Below, piece after piece: positions 10,269-19,622 of a stretch of DNA of 64,000 nt. The stretch lies in the IMG/VR virus record IMGVR_UViG_3300025015_000001. The stretch is one strand, 5' to 3'. Each line of letters opens with the position of its first letter. The first letter of the stretch is position 1. The notes under the pieces are model-generated. The model did not search any database and had not been told where the DNA came from. It saw nothing but the letters and a program-made list of their open reading frames with translations. Made by a program: the position numbers and the translations under genes. This DNA is from a virus.

Positions 10269-10512
10269 TTTTAAAACCTCCATTTTAGAATTTCTAAAAT
10301 CCCAGATTATCCTACTTTATATTAAATATTTACCATACTATACTTATGGTAAGATAATCCTATTTTATATCACTTTATAAGAAAGTGATAATTGATTAAA
10401 CTTTATCAGGTGCTAACCTTCACCTTTAAATTGTAGTTTTTAGTTTCCGTTTAACCTCCCTTATTAATTTTTTATAAATCCTTTAAACCTTCATCTCTTA
10501 CTCTTGACTATA

Positions 10513-10642
10513 ATATTAACATAGCTGTAAAATCTTGTCAAGTGGTTTTCTCTAAAACTTAAACTTTTTCTAAAATATCTTTAATAAGTAAAAGACTTTT
10601 TATATTCAAGTCAATTATCTCATATCATTAAAAACTCGTCAA
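10513..10642 (-). promoter_or_regulatory. two tandem sigma70-type promoters
   Basis: TTGACA-N17-TAATAT (10541-10513) and TTGACG-N17-GATAAT with an extended -10 TG (10642-10614). Confidence 0.55.
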
Positions 10643-10670
10643 GTAGTTTTTTACATATTTGAAAGTTTAT

Positions 10671-10794
10671 TAAGTAGGACTATCTTACATAGTCATATTG
10701 TAATATAGTGCTATATATAAGTAGGACTATCTTACATAGTCATATTGTAATATAGTGCTATATATAAGTAGGACTATCTTACATAGTCATATTG
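10671..10794. repeat. 47-bp perfect tandem repeat (2.6 copies)
   Basis: Unit TAAGTAGGACTATCTTACATAGTCATATTGTAATATAGTGCTATATA starts at 10671, 10718 and 10765. Confidence 0.95.
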
Positions 10795-11093
10795 GAAGAT
10801 AATCCTAGAAAGGGGGGTATTCGAGCTGGCTGACGGTGGAGCATTTTATTTATATCCATTTCTTATAATTTTCATTTTATCATTGTGACATATTACAACT
10901 TATATAATATCTATTAATACTCATCTCATATTTGCATCATATAAAACCCACCATAACTTCTAAAATTATATGCCTATTACTTAAAATTATTAACAATGTA
11001 GTGCTTATTGATTACTCAATACCCTCAATTCTTATACCAAATTTGACTTCCTTATTATCTCATTAATTTCTTTTAAAGTTTGTATTGCTTACT

Positions 11094-11510
11094 TCATAAG
11101 AAGTATTCTACTGCTTTATCTGGCTCTACTATACAATTTTCTAATGTTCCAAAATATTCTTCTAAACAATTTAAAAGTAACTTCTTTATCCTAGGTTCAT
11201 CTGGGGAGTGGGGGAGCTTACTCTCAATATATAACTTTTCTAAATCTTTTTCCTTACTAAAGAAATATTCTTTAATTTGAGCAAGGGTCCACTCACCTCT
11301 TCTTATTGATTTTAATTGCTCATTGTTACGTTCTAAGTCCAAGTCCCCTTCTATAAGAATCATTTCTATTTCATTTAATAATCGAACTATATGATAAGCA
11401 AATTTCAGATCCATTTGATGTGTCTGGTACGTGAGCTGTCGCTTAATTCCTGCTTTAACTAGCCTTGCATATTCTACTAGTTCTTTATCTGACAAATCAC
11501 AAAGTTGCAT
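11094..11510 (-). CDS. RlaP-like Pol-beta nucleotidyltransferase, C-terminal half
   Basis: DLKFAYHIVRLL...DLDLERNNEQLKSIRRGEW...LPHSPDE matches the C-terminus of phage Pol-beta-superfamily NTases; own ATG with a GGAG SD. Confidence 0.8.
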   Translation of the reverse strand: MQLCDLSDKELVEYARLVKAGIKRQLTYQTHQMDLKFAYHIVRLLNEIEMILIEGDLDLERNNEQLKSIRRGEWTLAQIKEYFFSKEKDLEKLYIESKLPHSPDEPRIKKLLLNCLEEYFGTLENCIVEPDKAVEYFL

Positions 11511-12468
11511 AGTATGCTCCTTTTAAAGCTTTTGTAACTAGTCTTTCCATTAATGCATCATTGTGAATAGCTCTACCAGATAGATACTTATACTGAATGT
11601 GTTGCTTTTTACAGTATTGTTTTAGTCCATTCATTTTATTTTTATTATTTAAAATTTTAATCAAAAGACGTAAAGGCTTAACATCAAAAATAATTTCTTT
11701 CCCATTTAAAAATTTAATATAAAAATCAATACGAGTATATCGTAAATGTCCTTCCAAGTCTAAATATGGCACTACGCTATCTTCTAGTGCATAATAAGTT
11801 ATAGTTTCACACTTTTCTATATAATTAAGAACGTACTCTTCCCAAGAACTTCTATAAAAATATTCTTTACCCGTTTTATTTGAAAAGAAAAATCCAGCTT
11901 TATGATTTTTATGAAAATTACAATTTTTAGTAAACTCAGATTTAGCTAAACTTTTGCTAACTTTTACACTAAATTTGTTGCGCCAAGTAGTATCTCTACC
12001 CTCCCATATAAGCTTGCATCGTACTTTATGATTTTCGCGATTTTGTGGGTCTTGTAGTGACTTTTTAAAAGGATTTTTATCTCCACTAATGTCTGCATGA
12101 TTGAGGGACATTTTCTTTCTTGTTTTCTCAGAGTGTCTGTATCCTTTTGTAGTTAAAAGTTTTTGGTCCTTAACAAATACCTCGACACATTTCTTACTAC
12201 AAAATTCTCTCCAACCAGAACCGAGGGTGTGCAACTCTACTGACTCGCTACAGATTCGACAAGTATGTTCTATATTATCATCCCATAAATATCTAAAAAT
12301 TTTCTCATTAATATTTATTCCTTTATACTTTTCTATATCTGCGAGCCCTGATAGCCTGCTCAGATATAGCTTTTTGTGTGGGTGTAAAACTAAATGACTT
12401 CCGGTCTTTTTATTTCTATATTGAACTATTTTGAATTCTATAAGAAGTTTTAAACGTTCTTGTATCAT
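11497..12468 (-). mobile_element. putative homing endonuclease (NUMOD3-like motif plus TnsA-N-like PD-(D/E)xK nuclease)
   Basis: GYRHSEKTRKKMS (NUMOD3-like); YRSSWE...VPY...RIDFYI...IFDVKP; inserted between the two NTase halves. Confidence 0.75.
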
Positions 12469-12485
12469 AATGCAACCTCTATATT

Positions 12486-13091
12486 TTATACTAATTGTCT
12501 TCTATATATTTCTTTTTCTATATCTTCTAAACTATAAGAGCACTTTAAATTTTTATTTTTCTCAAATTGTCGAACATTTATAATGTATTTTGATTCTTGT
12601 GCATTTCTTAATTTGTGTAAAGAAGAATACGCATATCCTTTAAATTTATGCCATGCTCCTTTGTGAAGAAATACCTTTCTCTCATCTCTTACCATATTAG
12701 CTATCTTAGTCATATATAATACACATCTTGATGGGACAAAGAGGCTATCAATCATATTAGGGTTATTTTCCATGCATAGCATAAAATACTTAACTATATT
12801 ATATACTGATATGTCGTATTCTCTGTTATTATCTTTGTCTATTAAATGATGCTCCTGATATTGCTCGAAGTAATTCTTTTGCCTACCGAATCCTATTATG
12901 TCTCCGGCTAGATGAGGGAATACTATATCCTTATGAGGAATACAAAATCCATAGATATCAATGTCAGATAAATCATCAGATACACCATAAGCTACTGATC
13001 CCACCATTACCTCATACTGAATGCTTTTAGGGAGCCATGGTGGGGCGCTTAGTAAATTTTGCTTATATAATTTCTGAACTACACTTGACAT
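12486..13091 (-). CDS. RlaP-like Pol-beta nucleotidyltransferase, N-terminal (catalytic) half
   Basis: GSVAYGVSDDLSDIDIYG catalytic motif; NNPNMIDSLF; HKFKGYAYS. Confidence 0.85.
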   Translation of the reverse strand: MSSVVQKLYKQNLLSAPPWLPKSIQYEVMVGSVAYGVSDDLSDIDIYGFCIPHKDIVFPHLAGDIIGFGRQKNYFEQYQEHHLIDKDNNREYDISVYNIVKYFMLCMENNPNMIDSLFVPSRCVLYMTKIANMVRDERKVFLHKGAWHKFKGYAYSSLHKLRNAQESKYIINVRQFEKNKNLKCSYSLEDIEKEIYRRQLV

Positions 13092-13164
13092 ACGTACCTT
13101 TCTAATTTTTATTATATATACTATAGCATATCTGTAATGCTAATGCAATATAATATTTTTAGTA

Positions 13165-13193
13165 TTGACAATTAGTATTATTTATACTATATT
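13165..13193 (+). promoter_or_regulatory. sigma70-type promoter
   Basis: TTGACA-N17-TATATT, 8 nt before the HNH start codon. Confidence 0.55.
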
Positions 13194-13200
13194 ACTAAGT

Positions 13201-13557
13201 ATGAAAATAAATAGAGAAGCAGTGCATAGTAAATTTAATGGTCATTGTGCATACTGTGGTTGTGGGATCACTGTTAAAACTATGCAGGTGGACCATATCA
13301 TTCCTAAACTATTATTTAATGCAAAAATAGGATACAATGTGAATGATATTAAAAATCTTAATCCCGCATGCAGAGTGTGTAATAATTGGAAAAGCATATA
13401 CTCTGTAGAGGAATTTAGAAAGCAGATGCAGAAGCAAGTTGCGGCTGCAAGAAAATATAGTAGAAATTTTCGTATGGCAGAAAGATTTGGATTAATTACC
13501 GAAAACAAAATTGACGTAATATTTTATTTTGAATGTAGTGGTCTTACCTATATTTAA
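13201..13557 (+). CDS. HNH endonuclease
   Basis: CAYCG...QVDHIIP...NLNPACRVCN. Confidence 0.9.
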   Translation: MKINREAVHSKFNGHCAYCGCGITVKTMQVDHIIPKLLFNAKIGYNVNDIKNLNPACRVCNNWKSIYSVEEFRKQMQKQVAAARKYSRNFRMAERFGLITENKIDVIFYFECSGLTYI

Positions 13558-13603
13558 TATTTACATTATAAATAAATTGTGGTATAGTATCATTGTGAGA
13601 TTT

Positions 13604-13813
13604 ATGACTACTAAATTTACATTTGGAAAATACAAAGATAAATTAATATATGATGTATCTAATATAGATCCTGATTATATTATGTGGGCATATGAAAATA
13701 TTAAAAATCCTAAACATGGTGGGGTGGATAAAGATTTGTATGAAGCCTGTATAATGGATTCATACTATGATGAAGAGGAATACTACCTCGGTGTTGATAG
13801 GTATGGTAAATAA
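13604..13813 (+). CDS. small protein of the exodeoxyribonuclease X C-terminal-like/DUF3820-like type
   Basis: FTFGKYKDK...DPDYIMWA motif. Confidence 0.6.
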   Translation: MTTKFTFGKYKDKLIYDVSNIDPDYIMWAYENIKNPKHGGVDKDLYEACIMDSYYDEEEYYLGVDRYGK

Positions 13814-13816
13814 TTT

Positions 13817-14944
13817 ATGACTACTCAACCTAAAACCATATATAAAGAGCTAATGTCTTTAGTAGAAAATCCATTATGTAAGGAAGCTTTTTATTACAAG
13901 GACTTTTATATAGAAAATACTTATTATCGTATCTTCAACTATAGACTAGCTTCGTATTCAGACTTCTTACTACCTTCTTCATTAGAGTGTCGTGGTATAA
14001 TGTTTGTGGTAGATGTGGATGGTAAATATACTAATTTAGTATGCCGTCCTATGAAAAAGTTTTTTGGGCTAAACGAAAATCCTTTTACCTCTGATTTAGA
14101 GTTATCTAATAGAACAATAGCTAATATTTATGAAAAAGCCGATGGTAGCCTTATCAGTACATTTTTGCAAAATGGCGAACTAAGATTAAAATCTAAAATG
14201 AGTTTAGACAGTGAGCAGGTCATAGATGCCACCAAGTGGCTTAATTCGCCCCGTAATGAGTTATTTAGGAAATCACTACATAAGCTAGCTTTAGATAATT
14301 ATACTACAAATTTGGAGTGGATCTCGCCGCTCAATAGGATAGTATTATTATATCCTGAACCTAAACTTGTGGTATTAAACATACGACATAATTATACTGG
14401 AGAGTATCTTAATTTTTCTGATGTTGTTAATGAGTATGAAATATCAGAAAAATATTTAATTAGTGAGGTTCATTGTGACAATTTAGAAAAGTTTATTAAT
14501 GATGTTCCTACTATGACTGATATAGAAGGATTTGTTATTTTACTTAAGTCTAGTCAGAGAATTAAGATAAAAACATTAGAATACTTACGTAAGCATAGAT
14601 GCAAAGAATCAGTAGATAATGCTAAAGCCCTTATTGAGAATATACTATATGAAACCATAGATGATGTTAAATCATTATTCATTGATAATGAGTTTATTTT
14701 AAATAGGATACGTAATGTAGAAAATATAGTAATCCCTAAATATAATCATATTGACAGTACTGTTAATTTATTTTATAATTCTAATAAGAACTTAAATAGA
14801 AAAGATTATGCTACTAAGGGTATGGCGGAATTAGGAAATTTATTTCACCTGGCTATGGTATTATATACTCATGGATCTGCTGATGTTAGGGGTTTTTGTA
14901 TGAAGTATTACAAAGATATATTTGATATAAAGGAGGAAAATTAA
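13817..14944 (+). CDS. T4 Rnl1-like RNA ligase
   Basis: ECRGIMF, motif I EKADGS, motif IV EGFV. Confidence 0.88.
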   Translation: MTTQPKTIYKELMSLVENPLCKEAFYYKDFYIENTYYRIFNYRLASYSDFLLPSSLECRGIMFVVDVDGKYTNLVCRPMKKFFGLNENPFTSDLELSNRTIANIYEKADGSLISTFLQNGELRLKSKMSLDSEQVIDATKWLNSPRNELFRKSLHKLALDNYTTNLEWISPLNRIVLLYPEPKLVVLNIRHNYTGEYLNFSDVVNEYEISEKYLISEVHCDNLEKFINDVPTMTDIEGFVILLKSSQRIKIKTLEYLRKHRCKESVDNAKALIENILYETIDDVKSLFIDNEFILNRIRNVENIVIPKYNHIDSTVNLFYNSNKNLNRKDYATKGMAELGNLFHLAMVLYTHGSADVRGFCMKYYKDIFDIKEEN

Positions 14945-14945
14945 A

Positions 14946-15200
14946 GTGCACACACTACCGCCTGATTCAAAAGTTGATAAGTTCTCTAGCCATGTCTTTG
15001 AGGATATAATCAACCAAACCAATATGCATATGCATGACATCAATATGGTCAGAATAAATCTGCCCGAGAACATTTCCGTAGTTATTAACGGGGTACATCT
15101 TAATATTAATTCGCTTAAACTAATTAAACAGCTTATAGCAAAAAATATCATAGACGTAACATTAGAAGAAGCTCTTCAAGTAGAAAAATATATTAAATAA
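14946..15200 (+). CDS. hypothetical protein
   Basis: ORF with a GGAGG SD, co-directional with the operon. Confidence 0.6.
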   Translation: MHTLPPDSKVDKFSSHVFEDIINQTNMHMHDINMVRINLPENISVVINGVHLNINSLKLIKQLIAKNIIDVTLEEALQVEKYIK

Positions 15201-15207
15201 TTAGACT

Positions 15208-15660
15208 ATGCAACAGAAAATAAAAACAATAAAAGACTTTCAAAACATTATTGATAACAAAGCTAATTGGGTATTCTGCCAATATTTTAATGGGCTTGAA
15301 TGGATGCGTCTATGCAGCTCCGCTCGACCTTCTGTAGAGTTTGTAGAGGAATTTATACACAAAATAATTTTTTATTCTATTTCTAAAAATAAATTATTAG
15401 CCAAACCCATCATAGATAAATATTCAGATAAACTAGATTGGCGTCTTATATCACATAATCATGTATTAAATTCTTATTTTGTAAATACTTATTTAGATAG
15501 ATTAAATTTAGAGGTAGTGTTAGATAGAGTGCATAGAATTACTGCTATGAATTTGAAAGAAGATACACTATGTTGCATTAATGAGCATACACTTAAAGTA
15601 GTAAAGTTTACCTTAGAGTTAGACTGGTATTTAAAAGGGGAAAGAAGTGACTACTATTAA
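15208..15660 (+). CDS. hypothetical protein (Trp-repeat-like, KLDWRLIS)
   Basis: ORF; motif resembles tryptophan-repeat family proteins. Confidence 0.6.
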   Translation: MQQKIKTIKDFQNIIDNKANWVFCQYFNGLEWMRLCSSARPSVEFVEEFIHKIIFYSISKNKLLAKPIIDKYSDKLDWRLISHNHVLNSYFVNTYLDRLNLEVVLDRVHRITAMNLKEDTLCCINEHTLKVVKFTLELDWYLKGERSDYY

Positions 15661-15862
15661 TATAAATGATATAGTAAGAGTGAGGTTAACAGAAAAAGGT
15701 AAACATATATATAAATATCATATAGGATTATATAACAGTCTAGATAGAATTAAAGATGGGCTGTTGGAAACTGAATTGTGGGATATTGCCGTTATATTTG
15801 GTGGTGAGTTTTATATGGGCGCAGAGCCTATGTTTGAAAATAATGAAATTATTTTAGTTTAG
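15647..15862 (+). CDS. phage hypothetical protein
   Basis: ORF overlapping the upstream stop codon. Confidence 0.6.
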   Translation: MTTININDIVRVRLTEKGKHIYKYHIGLYNSLDRIKDGLLETELWDIAVIFGGEFYMGAEPMFENNEIILV

Positions 15863-16138
15863 TGGCTTTGCTGATTTAAAATGACGTATTCTCTTTCATG
15901 CCCTACGCTAAGCATCCTACCAACAGAATGGTAGTCTTTTACTTCTTGCTCTCTACTCGCACCATTCATAACCCCATTTCAAATCTTCATTTTTCCTCAA
16001 TAACATTCTCAGGCATTCTGCTGACTATTTTGTTTATATACTGATATTATTTCGTCTGTTCTTTTCATTAATAATGATAACATTTCATCATAATGCTCTA
16101 GATTTTCAAAATCATCTTCTTTTATTTTAAGCATCTAT

Positions 16139-16312
16139 CTACTGCTCCTCCACTACTACCACTGGAATGTCTTCCCAATTAATACCTATGATATCGTTAC
16201 CTTTATCATCTACACCCTTCCATTCAAAAGCTCCTTGTAGAACTGTAGTGTCTTTCTTTTTTAGTAATCGGTATGAGGATGGAGTTAACCTCTTCATTTT
16301 TATATTTTCCAT
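16139..16312 (-). CDS. hypothetical protein
   Basis: ORF in a minus-strand gene run. Confidence 0.5.
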   Translation of the reverse strand: MENIKMKRLTPSSYRLLKKKDTTVLQGAFEWKGVDDKGNDIIGINWEDIPVVVVEEQ

Positions 16313-16316
16313 GTTA

Positions 16317-17108
16317 TTAATCCCATAAACATTCAAAATGATCTATAACCTTCATTAATATCTTTTTTCTTTCTTTGCACTTTTTAGTGTGTTCTACTAT
16401 TACTTTTTTTCTGTCTCTATCAGTTTTACAATTAGCAAAATTTATGTCAGTATTTTCATCCGCGTAGTCTAAGAACGCATCCCCTACTCTGTGTAGTTCG
16501 GCCTGCCACTCTTCAAAAGTTTCAAACTTACTATCAGGCCAACCATGCGTAGTATCGGCTAATTGTTTTAGCCCATTACCGATTATATCAGCTAAGAAAT
16601 AATCGTATGACCAGATATCTCTGTCACTATAACCACGACGACCTCTTTGTACAAAGTATTTAATTTCTCTAGGAAAATCTTTTATTTTATGATAAATCCC
16701 CAAAAATTTTCTACGAAGATATACATAGATATTTCTTGGGAATTTACTATCTTTTATTCTCTGTTTTTCCCATCTTTCTATTATTTCATCCATTGAAAAT
16801 GTTCTAAATGGTTCTGCTGAGACTGCAGTTGTGCCCGTTAGCGTAAATTTAACTGTATCGTCTATAGGAGGAAAAATTGACCGACTCTTAGTCAGACCAT
16901 CGTACATAAAATTCAAATCTGGAAACTTAAGCTTAGATGTATTTACAGCATGATCTCTTAGTATAACAGAGTAATCTTTTTTACTTTTTTCCCTACTAAG
17001 TTTCTTTAAGTTTTCTGCTGGAGTTTCCTCATTAGATTTTATTTTTTTAATAAAATCTTTAGCATCCATATCGGTTAGTATTGGTGTTTCTGCTATTTTC
17101 CTAGCCAT
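16317..17108 (-). CDS. hypothetical protein
   Basis: 263-aa ORF with an SD. Confidence 0.75.
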   Translation of the reverse strand: MARKIAETPILTDMDAKDFIKKIKSNEETPAENLKKLSREKSKKDYSVILRDHAVNTSKLKFPDLNFMYDGLTKSRSIFPPIDDTVKFTLTGTTAVSAEPFRTFSMDEIIERWEKQRIKDSKFPRNIYVYLRRKFLGIYHKIKDFPREIKYFVQRGRRGYSDRDIWSYDYFLADIIGNGLKQLADTTHGWPDSKFETFEEWQAELHRVGDAFLDYADENTDINFANCKTDRDRKKVIVEHTKKCKERKKILMKVIDHFECLWD

Positions 17109-17146
17109 TTATTTATCTCCATTTATTGTTTAGCCTCTGTAGACTA

Positions 17147-17539
17147 CTACTTTTGCCATAGCATATCTATGGTGTTAATAACTTTTTTTAAATCTATTAT
17201 AGCCTCTTTTGGTATGTTATATAATATAGATTTATCAGTATAACACACACTATCATATTTATCTTTTACCATTAAAGCGGGAGCACCGCACATATTACTA
17301 AAAGATATTCGTATATTATTATAGTTTTTATAAGGTATTCCTGTTTTAGATAATGTATAATTTTTAGATACTAGGTACTCTACTATCTTGTATTCCTCTA
17401 CTAAGCCTTCATCATTACATATCCTCTCTATCTCCTCTCTACCTCTAATACATTCTTTGCAGAGAAATGCTTTTTCTCTTGCAAATTTTGGCGGTTCTTC
17501 TTTGGTTTCGCATTTTGTGCAGGTATATAGTTTTGTCAT
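17147..17539 (-). CDS. hypothetical zinc-binding protein
   Basis: CTKC...CKEC at the N-terminus. Confidence 0.7.
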   Translation of the reverse strand: MTKLYTCTKCETKEEPPKFAREKAFLCKECIRGREEIERICNDEGLVEEYKIVEYLVSKNYTLSKTGIPYKNYNNIRISFSNMCGAPALMVKDKYDSVCYTDKSILYNIPKEAIIDLKKVINTIDMLWQK

Positions 17540-17665
17540 TTTATGTAATTCCTTAATTATCTGATTAGTGGATTAACATCGTTTTAATAGTCTCTGTGGC
17601 TAGCCATGATGTACAAACCATTCTCGTGCTTTCTGATTCATTTTCATCTCATCCCAAAACCGTGA

Positions 17666-17896
17666 CTACTCTGCTGGGTTCCTACTGCTGAAGAGGAGAT
17701 ATTTCTTCAAATTGCTGTGTAGCACTAATAGGTGCTTTACAGCCGCAAAAGGGACAAAATTAACTGGGTTTCCTAAGTATCCTTCTTTTCCCTGTACCCA
17801 AAATGTCCCGTTAGATTCTTCAGTACAACTATCAAGTTGCTGTTGATAGTTGTTTACTTCGTAAAATTTAGTATAATCACAACTATGCCTTGTCAT
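17666..17896 (-). CDS. hypothetical protein adjacent to the first attC
   Basis: GGAGG SD immediately next to the attC R'' site at 17914. Confidence 0.6.
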   Translation of the reverse strand: MTRHSCDYTKFYEVNNYQQQLDSCTEESNGTFWVQGKEGYLGNPVNFVPFAAVKHLLVLHSNLKKYLLFSSRNPAE

Positions 17897-17913
17897 ACAA
17901 AAATGTAACCTCC

Positions 17914-17973
17914 TTATAACAGGCGGATGCAATAGATTCCACTTTGCTACACTATTGATCCTTGGCGTTGGGC
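17914..17973 (+). other. attC site 1
   Basis: TTATAAC AGGCG GATGCAAT...ATTGATC CTTGGC GTTGGGC, with an extrahelical G. Confidence 0.8.
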
Positions 17974-17974
17974 G

Positions 17975-18229
17975 TTAGTAGTCATAGAAGCCTTCGATCT
18001 CTTTCCCGTCCGCATAAATGCCACCTTCGTGTGGCTGTAAACTACTCACAGTTTCCTCACCATCTGCGCTTAACTCATGCCGGTAAATGTCATCGCTGTT
18101 ACCACCATAACCGCATGTCAGCCGCTTTCCATCTGGAAGGTCTGCCTCATAAGTGAAAGTGTATTTGTAGTAGCTCGAAAACTTTACTTTCACGCTCCCA
18201 TATTTATGGTAAAATTCTTGCCTTGTCAT
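17975..18229 (-). CDS. cassette-borne hypothetical protein (84 aa)
   Basis: Fills the cassette at 17968-18311. Confidence 0.75.
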   Translation of the reverse strand: MTRQEFYHKYGSVKVKFSSYYKYTFTYEADLPDGKRLTCGYGGNSDDIYRHELSADGEETVSSLQPHEGGIYADGKEIEGFYDY

Positions 18230-18254
18230 AACTCACCTCTTCGATTAAAGTTCA

Positions 18255-18317
18255 GCCCAATCCATCGTTCAACCCGGACTCCGCAAAAGCGCGGAGCCGG
18301 TTAACTCTACGTTATAT
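18255..18317 (+). other. attC site 2
   Basis: GCCCAAT CCATC GTTCAACC...GGTTAAC TCTAC GTTATAT. Confidence 0.85.
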
Positions 18318-18319
18318 TT

Positions 18320-18888
18320 TTAAACCTGCGCTAAAAGCAGACCCCATTGGTCTGCCATTCCAGCGGCTATCCCTTGGAATGTTTTACTGCGTTCTTTCCA
18401 CCTATCAGGACTTGGCGGCATCCTGTGAATCCGACTTTCTCTCCCGTCCACGATATTCGTCGGTTTTAATGGCGGCAAACCTTTCAGCCAAAGACACGTT
18501 GCCTTTGTCTCCCCGTGCCCGAATTGCCACGGCTGTATCAATTGGTCAGGCTTCCGCCACAGTGATGACATAATACATACTGGGTTTTCTATTGCAATCT
18601 TTGGAATATCAGCCGTTGCCAGCATCATAAAAAAGCTGATTGCACTTTGCTGCCGTCCATCCAGTTTCTTGGCGGTAAAATGTTTTGCCCCCGATACAGA
18701 TAAATGGGTACATGGCGGGTGCGCTATCATTATATCCCAACATCCATGTATTACGTCTCTGATATCCCCTGATAATGCGCGCCAGGGGAATCAGTCGGCA
18801 AAATATCACAGGACATTGCGTCATGCCCCCTTTCAATAAACGCATCCCGAACTATTCCGCTGAATTCACACGCGACTAAAACTCTCAA
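18320..18888 (-). CDS. phage DNA cytosine methyltransferase-like protein (frameshifted at the G4 run, 18766-18769)
   Basis: LRVLVACEFSGIVRDAF, AHPPCTHL (catalytic PPC), ENP, IQPWQFGH; one extra G restores QGDIRDVIHGCWDIMIAHPPC. Confidence 0.8.
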
Positions 18889-19026
18889 TCGTAATCTCCT
18901 GGCGGTGGCCCGTCTCCCGATGTCCCCCCGCCAAGGGCTGCAATACATATAAGCAAAAAAATAATCCCAAATATCATCAGTTCCAATTCTAACCCCCTAT
19001 GGCTTCCAGCCAGCGCAGATTTAAAA

Positions 19027-19086
19027 ATATAACCAGTCGCTCAAGAGGGATGCGATAAGGCCGCACCCCTTAGCTTGGCGTTAGGT
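19027..19086 (+). other. attC site 3
   Basis: ATATAAC CAGTC GCTCAAGA...CCTTAGC TTGGC GTTAGGT. Confidence 0.85.
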
Positions 19087-19242
19087 GCGAACCCACACCA
19101 CTTCAGTTCCTAGCCAAAAAATACTGGTACATTTGCCCCAAACAACAATCTTTGGAAAAATCCGGTACTTTGGGTATCCACCCGCAAATAACAATTTGCC
19201 TCCAATTAAAGTTTTTCCGCGAGTCCACTTGTTAATGTTCAT
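19081..19242 (-). CDS. cassette-borne hypothetical protein (53 aa, MNINKWTRGKTL...)
   Basis: Manually translated; its TAA stop is the TTA of the R' site. Confidence 0.55.
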   Translation of the reverse strand: MNINKWTRGKTLIGGKLLFAGGYPKYRIFPKIVVWGKCTSIFWLGTEVVWVRT

Positions 19243-19250
19243 GCAATCGC

Positions 19251-19335
19251 ACCTAACTGTGTGTTCGAGGCGGACGCGGAATTACGCCGCGCCTAGTTTT
19301 ACTTCTTGGCCGCGCCGCTCAACACGGCGTTCTCC
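19251..19335 (+). other. attC site 4
   Basis: ACCTAAC TGTGT GTTCGAGG...GCTCAAC ACGGC GTTCTCC. Confidence 0.8.
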
Positions 19336-19598
19336 CGGTGCTTCGCGCCGTGAGAATGCGGAGCTAAGCCGAACCCGCCACCCATCAGCTCGTCATGCGC
19401 CCCGTGAAACTTGGCTACGCATTCTGGCAGTCGTTGCAGCCATCCATCAACATCATCCAGTGGCACATCTCCGAATAGACGACATACCCCCTCAGTTCCA
19501 AACCTGCGGGCGAACACAAACGGACACATCGAGCCGGGGTAAGACGGCGGTTCGCTGCATGTCGTTTCGCCTGTGTGAAAAATCAAAACCTGCTTCAT
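19299..19598 (-). CDS. cassette-borne hypothetical protein
   Basis: GGAGG SD; reads through a degenerate attC half and into attC 4. Confidence 0.55.
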   Translation of the reverse strand: MKQVLIFHTGETTCSEPPSYPGSMCPFVFARRFGTEGVCRLFGDVPLDDVDGWLQRLPECVAKFHGAHDELMGGGFGLAPHSHGAKHRENAVLSGAAKK

Positions 19599-19622
19599 TG
19601 TTTCCTCCGTAGTTGTTGCAGA

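Larger units (their letters stand above)
302..10299. promoter_or_regulatory. dispersed 17-bp palindrome TTTTAGAAWTTCTAAAA (about 15 copies)
   Basis: Copies at 302, 1702, 2453, 2808, 5331, 5935, 7031 (variant), 7401, 8228, 8840, 9271, 9400, 9435, 9506 (variant) and 10283; none seen by eye beyond 10.3 kb. Confidence 0.85.

Noticed and set aside
10671-10794. CRISPR array
   Set aside because: The units are identical over their whole 47 bp with no variable spacers, and no cas genes are present.
11497-12486. Group I intron or intein interrupting the nucleotidyltransferase
   Set aside because: There is no non-coding space for a ribozyme core, and the endonuclease is a separate ORF with stops on both sides and no C/S...HN splice motifs.
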